In this document: one piece after another, positions 7,439-9,822 of the stretch
How positions within the stretch are numbered: position 1 is the stretch's first letter
Layout of the letters: each line of letters starts with the position of its first letter
Source of the DNA: a virus
Taxonomy: Duplodnaviria > Heunggongvirae > Uroviricota > Caudoviricetes
Virus record (IMG/VR): IMGVR_UViG_3300015182_000005
Direction: 5' to 3' (one strand)
DNA length: 9,822 nucleotides
Notes under the pieces: generated by a model
Seen by the model: the letters and a program-made list of their open reading frames with translations, nothing else
What the model was told of the DNA's origin: nothing
Databases searched by the model: none
Position numbers and translations under genes: made by a program

Positions 7439-8038
7439 TTATGCATTAAGAAGGGTCAAAAGGCGCTCACGCGCCATTCGTTCATTAACAGCTTTCTTCA
7501 GCGCACCACTCGCCCGCGCTTCCTGCCAGGCTTTCATTGAGCGGACACCGGAGTCTGCGTCCTGATAGGCCGGATATGTCACCGGGCTGACGTCATACAG
7601 ACGAGAAATGCGCGTGATTTCCCGGATAACAATCCCCTCGTCGTCTTCATACCAGCTCTCTCCGTCACTGGCGACACGAAACGCGAACGAGGACTGGTTA
7701 ATGTCACCACGCAACATTGGAGACAGCACCAGGTCACAAATAGTCGGAGTATCCGGTGCAACAATGTCATAACGTAAACCGCGTTCATCCACCGACAATG
7801 ACAATGTGCCGGCAGAACTTCGTCCGAGAATGAAATTAGGATCATGATTAAACAAGCCACGTACATCATCATTCAGTACATCATCAAAAGCCCCCGGCTT
7901 GATGATTTCACGAAATCCCCACAGAGGTTCTGAACGACTGTTAAATACCGAGCCATACCCCAGAATGTGGGTCGGGGCATTATCATATTGTTCCGCCCGC
8001 ACCTCCCCGCTGTAACAGCGCGTTTCACGATCATTCAT
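7439..8038 (-). CDS. Prohead maturation protease (HK97 family), 199 aa
   Basis: Position between portal and capsid. Motifs GYGSVFN, LFNHD (His) and INQSSFAF (Ser) are consistent with the HK97 prohead protease family. Start overlaps the portal stop by 8 nt. Confidence 0.82.
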   Translation of the reverse strand: MNDRETRCYSGEVRAEQYDNAPTHILGYGSVFNSRSEPLWGFREIIKPGAFDDVLNDDVRGLFNHDPNFILGRSSAGTLSLSVDERGLRYDIVAPDTPTICDLVLSPMLRGDINQSSFAFRVASDGESWYEDDEGIVIREITRISRLYDVSPVTYPAYQDADSGVRSMKAWQEARASGALKKAVNERMARERLLTLLNA

Positions 8039-9257
8039 CGTTCTTTTCCTCTGTGCCTTTCGTATCTTTAAAGTTATTCAACGGATTTGCTGCATTTACG
8101 CTGACCAGCATTTCATCCAGACCGTCAACCGGGTTCATATCCTCAAATGCCCTGGCTTCATTCCGACTCATCCAGCCATCTGTAATGGCAAAGTGATAGA
8201 ACTGCGCACGCTCCTGTGGGGTCCCACGGAGCAACCCCGTGAGGTTAAAACGAACGTAATACCCGGCAGCCCGTTCTGTACGGGTAAACAGGCGACGGTT
8301 AAGCTCCTGCTCCCAGTTCGCAACCCAGGGCATCATCGTGTAGCGAACAAACTGAATCGCCTGCTGCGTAATATTCGAAAATGTGGCTTTTTCCAGGTCA
8401 TTAATCATGTGCGCCGGGACATTAAAAATCCCTGCAATCATCGACCTGTTCAGCTTGGTCATATCAATGATCTGAGCATCCACCGGAGAAACTGTCAGAG
8501 CGCGGTAATCCAGTTGCGCAGGCAACAGCATGGTTTTATTTTCCTGGCTGCGAAGCGCTGTCACCGCCCGCTGCCACATATTTTTAAGCCTGCCCCAGCT
8601 CTGTTCGTTCAGTTCATTTTTCACAGAAATAATACCGGCAGGACGGGCATTACCGTTAAAAAAGGCGCTGGTATACTGCTGGCCACTCATTCCCATACCA
8701 ATGGTTTCAGCATGCTGCATGATCGGGCTCAGTCCCATTTTCTGATTGTTTCCCAGCGCCCTGATATGGATCATGTCGTCCGGACTTACCGCAAATGCAC
8801 CCTCTTCGTTATACACCCCGTAAGTATGACGCCCACCGGTGTTAAGTAACGTGGTTTCCCATGGCATACAGCATTCAAGGCTGGTAACCTCTCCACGACG
8901 ATTACGTTTTACCCACGTATAACCATTGCCCCACCCCAGCACATGACGCTGCTTCAGTTCCCGCCACTTATAGCTGGTCTGCCAGGCATTAGGTTCATCA
9001 TGAACGAGCCAGAACAACGGATGATCGCGTGCAGGCTGAACATGCTCATTCGTTTTTCGCATCACATGCAGGGGCATCTGAGCCACACTGGATGAAATAA
9101 CATAAATACAGGCATAGACAGCAGCCAGCTTCATGGATGTTTCCGGACTGACATACACATCCCGGGCAAAAATATTATCCGTCTCAGCGGCCTCTCCGGT
9201 TACCGGAACCGAGGGATTTTCCAGAGACTCACTGCGAAACAGAGCATCAAGAAGCAT
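8031..9257 (-). CDS. Portal protein (HK97 family), 408 aa
   Basis: Position downstream of the large terminase; size and N-terminal pattern typical of HK97-type portals. AGGAGA 5 nt upstream of the ATG. Confidence 0.85.
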   Translation of the reverse strand: MLLDALFRSESLENPSVPVTGEAAETDNIFARDVYVSPETSMKLAAVYACIYVISSSVAQMPLHVMRKTNEHVQPARDHPLFWLVHDEPNAWQTSYKWRELKQRHVLGWGNGYTWVKRNRRGEVTSLECCMPWETTLLNTGGRHTYGVYNEEGAFAVSPDDMIHIRALGNNQKMGLSPIMQHAETIGMGMSGQQYTSAFFNGNARPAGIISVKNELNEQSWGRLKNMWQRAVTALRSQENKTMLLPAQLDYRALTVSPVDAQIIDMTKLNRSMIAGIFNVPAHMINDLEKATFSNITQQAIQFVRYTMMPWVANWEQELNRRLFTRTERAAGYYVRFNLTGLLRGTPQERAQFYHFAITDGWMSRNEARAFEDMNPVDGLDEMLVSVNAANPLNNFKDTKGTEEKNDE

Positions 9258-9387
9258 GTTTTCTCCTCATGGACACTACCAGTGCATAAAGCAGCAACAA
9301 ACAGCCCGACAGCATCAGAGACGCTGGCAGACCTGCATACAGATAAACGCCAGCAGTGAGCAAACCGAAACCGATCAGCCCGGTCAT
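9247..9387 (-). CDS. Hypothetical 46-aa hydrophobic (two-helix membrane) peptide between terminase and portal
   Basis: ATG at 9387 to TGA at 9247 encodes MTGLIGFGLLTAGVYLYAGLPASLMLSGCLLLLYALVVSMRRKHAS: two hydrophobic stretches, a basic C-terminus, and CTG-rich enterobacterial-like codon use. No clear ribosome-binding site; below the ORF-track size cutoff. Confidence 0.35.
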   Translation of the reverse strand: MTGLIGFGLLTAGVYLYAGLPASLMLSGCLLLLYALVVSMRRKHAS

Positions 9388-9404
9388 ATCAGTAATAAGC
9401 TGTT

Positions 9405-9822
9405 TCACAGAATTAACAGGTCCTCATCAGGATCAAGCGTGGACAGAAAGTCATTCACGCCCCCGCCATTTACCAGAAAGCGGCTCATGGCCGTAAAAAG
9501 CGCAACAGGGCCGTCGATTTTGGCTTCAGGCGTGGATTTATTCGGGAAGATGTTGTCGTTTTTGTCCGGTTTTACCGTAACGTTAGACATCATCCAGTTC
9601 ATGACCGGATGATTGCTGTGATGGAAACGCCCGGCATAAACCAGTGATTCCGTTTCCTTCATGGCCTCTGACAGATTGCGGACCGTCTGCGGAACCTCCA
9701 CCAGCGGTATCCCTTCTTCAGCCAGTGCCAGGCTGAACTGCATTGCGCTCCACGGGTCAAATCCCAGTTCCCTGAGGTTTTCACCGCCAATCCATTCCAG
9801 TAAGTCACTTTTTATCTGAGCA
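9405..9822 (-). CDS. Terminase large subunit, C-terminal part (N-terminus lies outside the window)
   Basis: Frame is open from the window edge to TGA at 9405. C-terminal sequence ...VTVKPDKNDNIFPNKSTPEAKIDGPVALFTAMSRF... matches the conserved KIDG..A end of HK97-type large terminases. The track lists only the part from an internal Met. Confidence 0.82.
   Translation of the reverse strand, partial: AQIKSDLLEWIGGENLRELGFDPWSAMQFSLALAEEGIPLVEVPQTVRNLSEAMKETESLVYAGRFHHSNHPVMNWMMSNVTVKPDKNDNIFPNKSTPEAKIDGPVALFTAMSRFLVNGGGVNDFLSTLDPDEDLLIL

Noticed and set aside
728-7872. Nested minus-strand ORFs in alternative frames (728..928, 1055..1237, 1730..1951, 3614..3838, 3946..4143, 6320..6583, 7112..7387, 7579..7872)
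   Set aside because: Each is embedded out of frame inside a longer, family-recognisable gene and has no independent start signals.
1407-9612. All + strand ORFs in the track (1407..1700, 2242..2469, 2931..3122, 3676..3921, 4033..4287, 4481..5050, 5279..5509, 6009..6191, 6264..6479, 6796..6993, 6966..7433, 7148..7540, 8193..8849, 8530..8745, 9133..9612)
   Set aside because: Each lies antisense within a well-supported minus-strand structural gene. The translations are Cys/Arg/Ser-rich and low complexity, with no ribosome-binding sites, as expected for shadow ORFs opposite real coding sequence.
9405-9743. Treating 9405..9743 as a complete 112-aa gene
   Set aside because: The frame is open upstream to the window edge and the sequence is the conserved C-terminus of a large terminase; the listed Met is internal.
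1-9822. CRISPR arrays, tRNA or rRNA genes, integrase or attachment sites
   Set aside because: No regularly spaced direct repeats, no tRNA-like cloverleaf candidates and no recombinase-like ORF were seen; the window is filled by structural genes and the IS end.

Overview
The window is almost entirely one minus-strand late (morphogenesis) operon of a lambdoid/HK97-like siphophage or prophage, probably enterobacterial judging by codon usage and the IS family. Reading in the direction of transcription (high to low coordinates) it encodes: the C-terminal end of the large terminase, a possible 46-aa membrane peptide, portal, prohead protease, an HK97-fold major capsid protein with an N-terminal delta domain and no separate scaffold gene, head-tail connector, head-tail adaptor, an HK97 gp10-like protein, a DUF3168-like tail completion protein, a major tail protein with a C-terminal Ig-like domain, a lambda G/GT-type tail assembly chaperone pair linked by a -1 frameshift, and a 1023-aa tape measure protein. 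The most notable structural feature is at the left edge: positions 1-140 are the right end of an IS66-family insertion sequence (transposase C-terminus on the + strand, terminal repeat ending ...CGCTTAC). It abuts the tape measure gene so that the last 8 codons and the stop codon of that ORF come from the IS, which suggests the tail module is interrupted. Three sense-oriented hairpin plus U-tract structures sit at the boundaries after the capsid gene, before the major tail gene and before the tape measure gene. All family assignments are by recall of motifs, not by database search; I found no tRNA, rRNA or CRISPR array.
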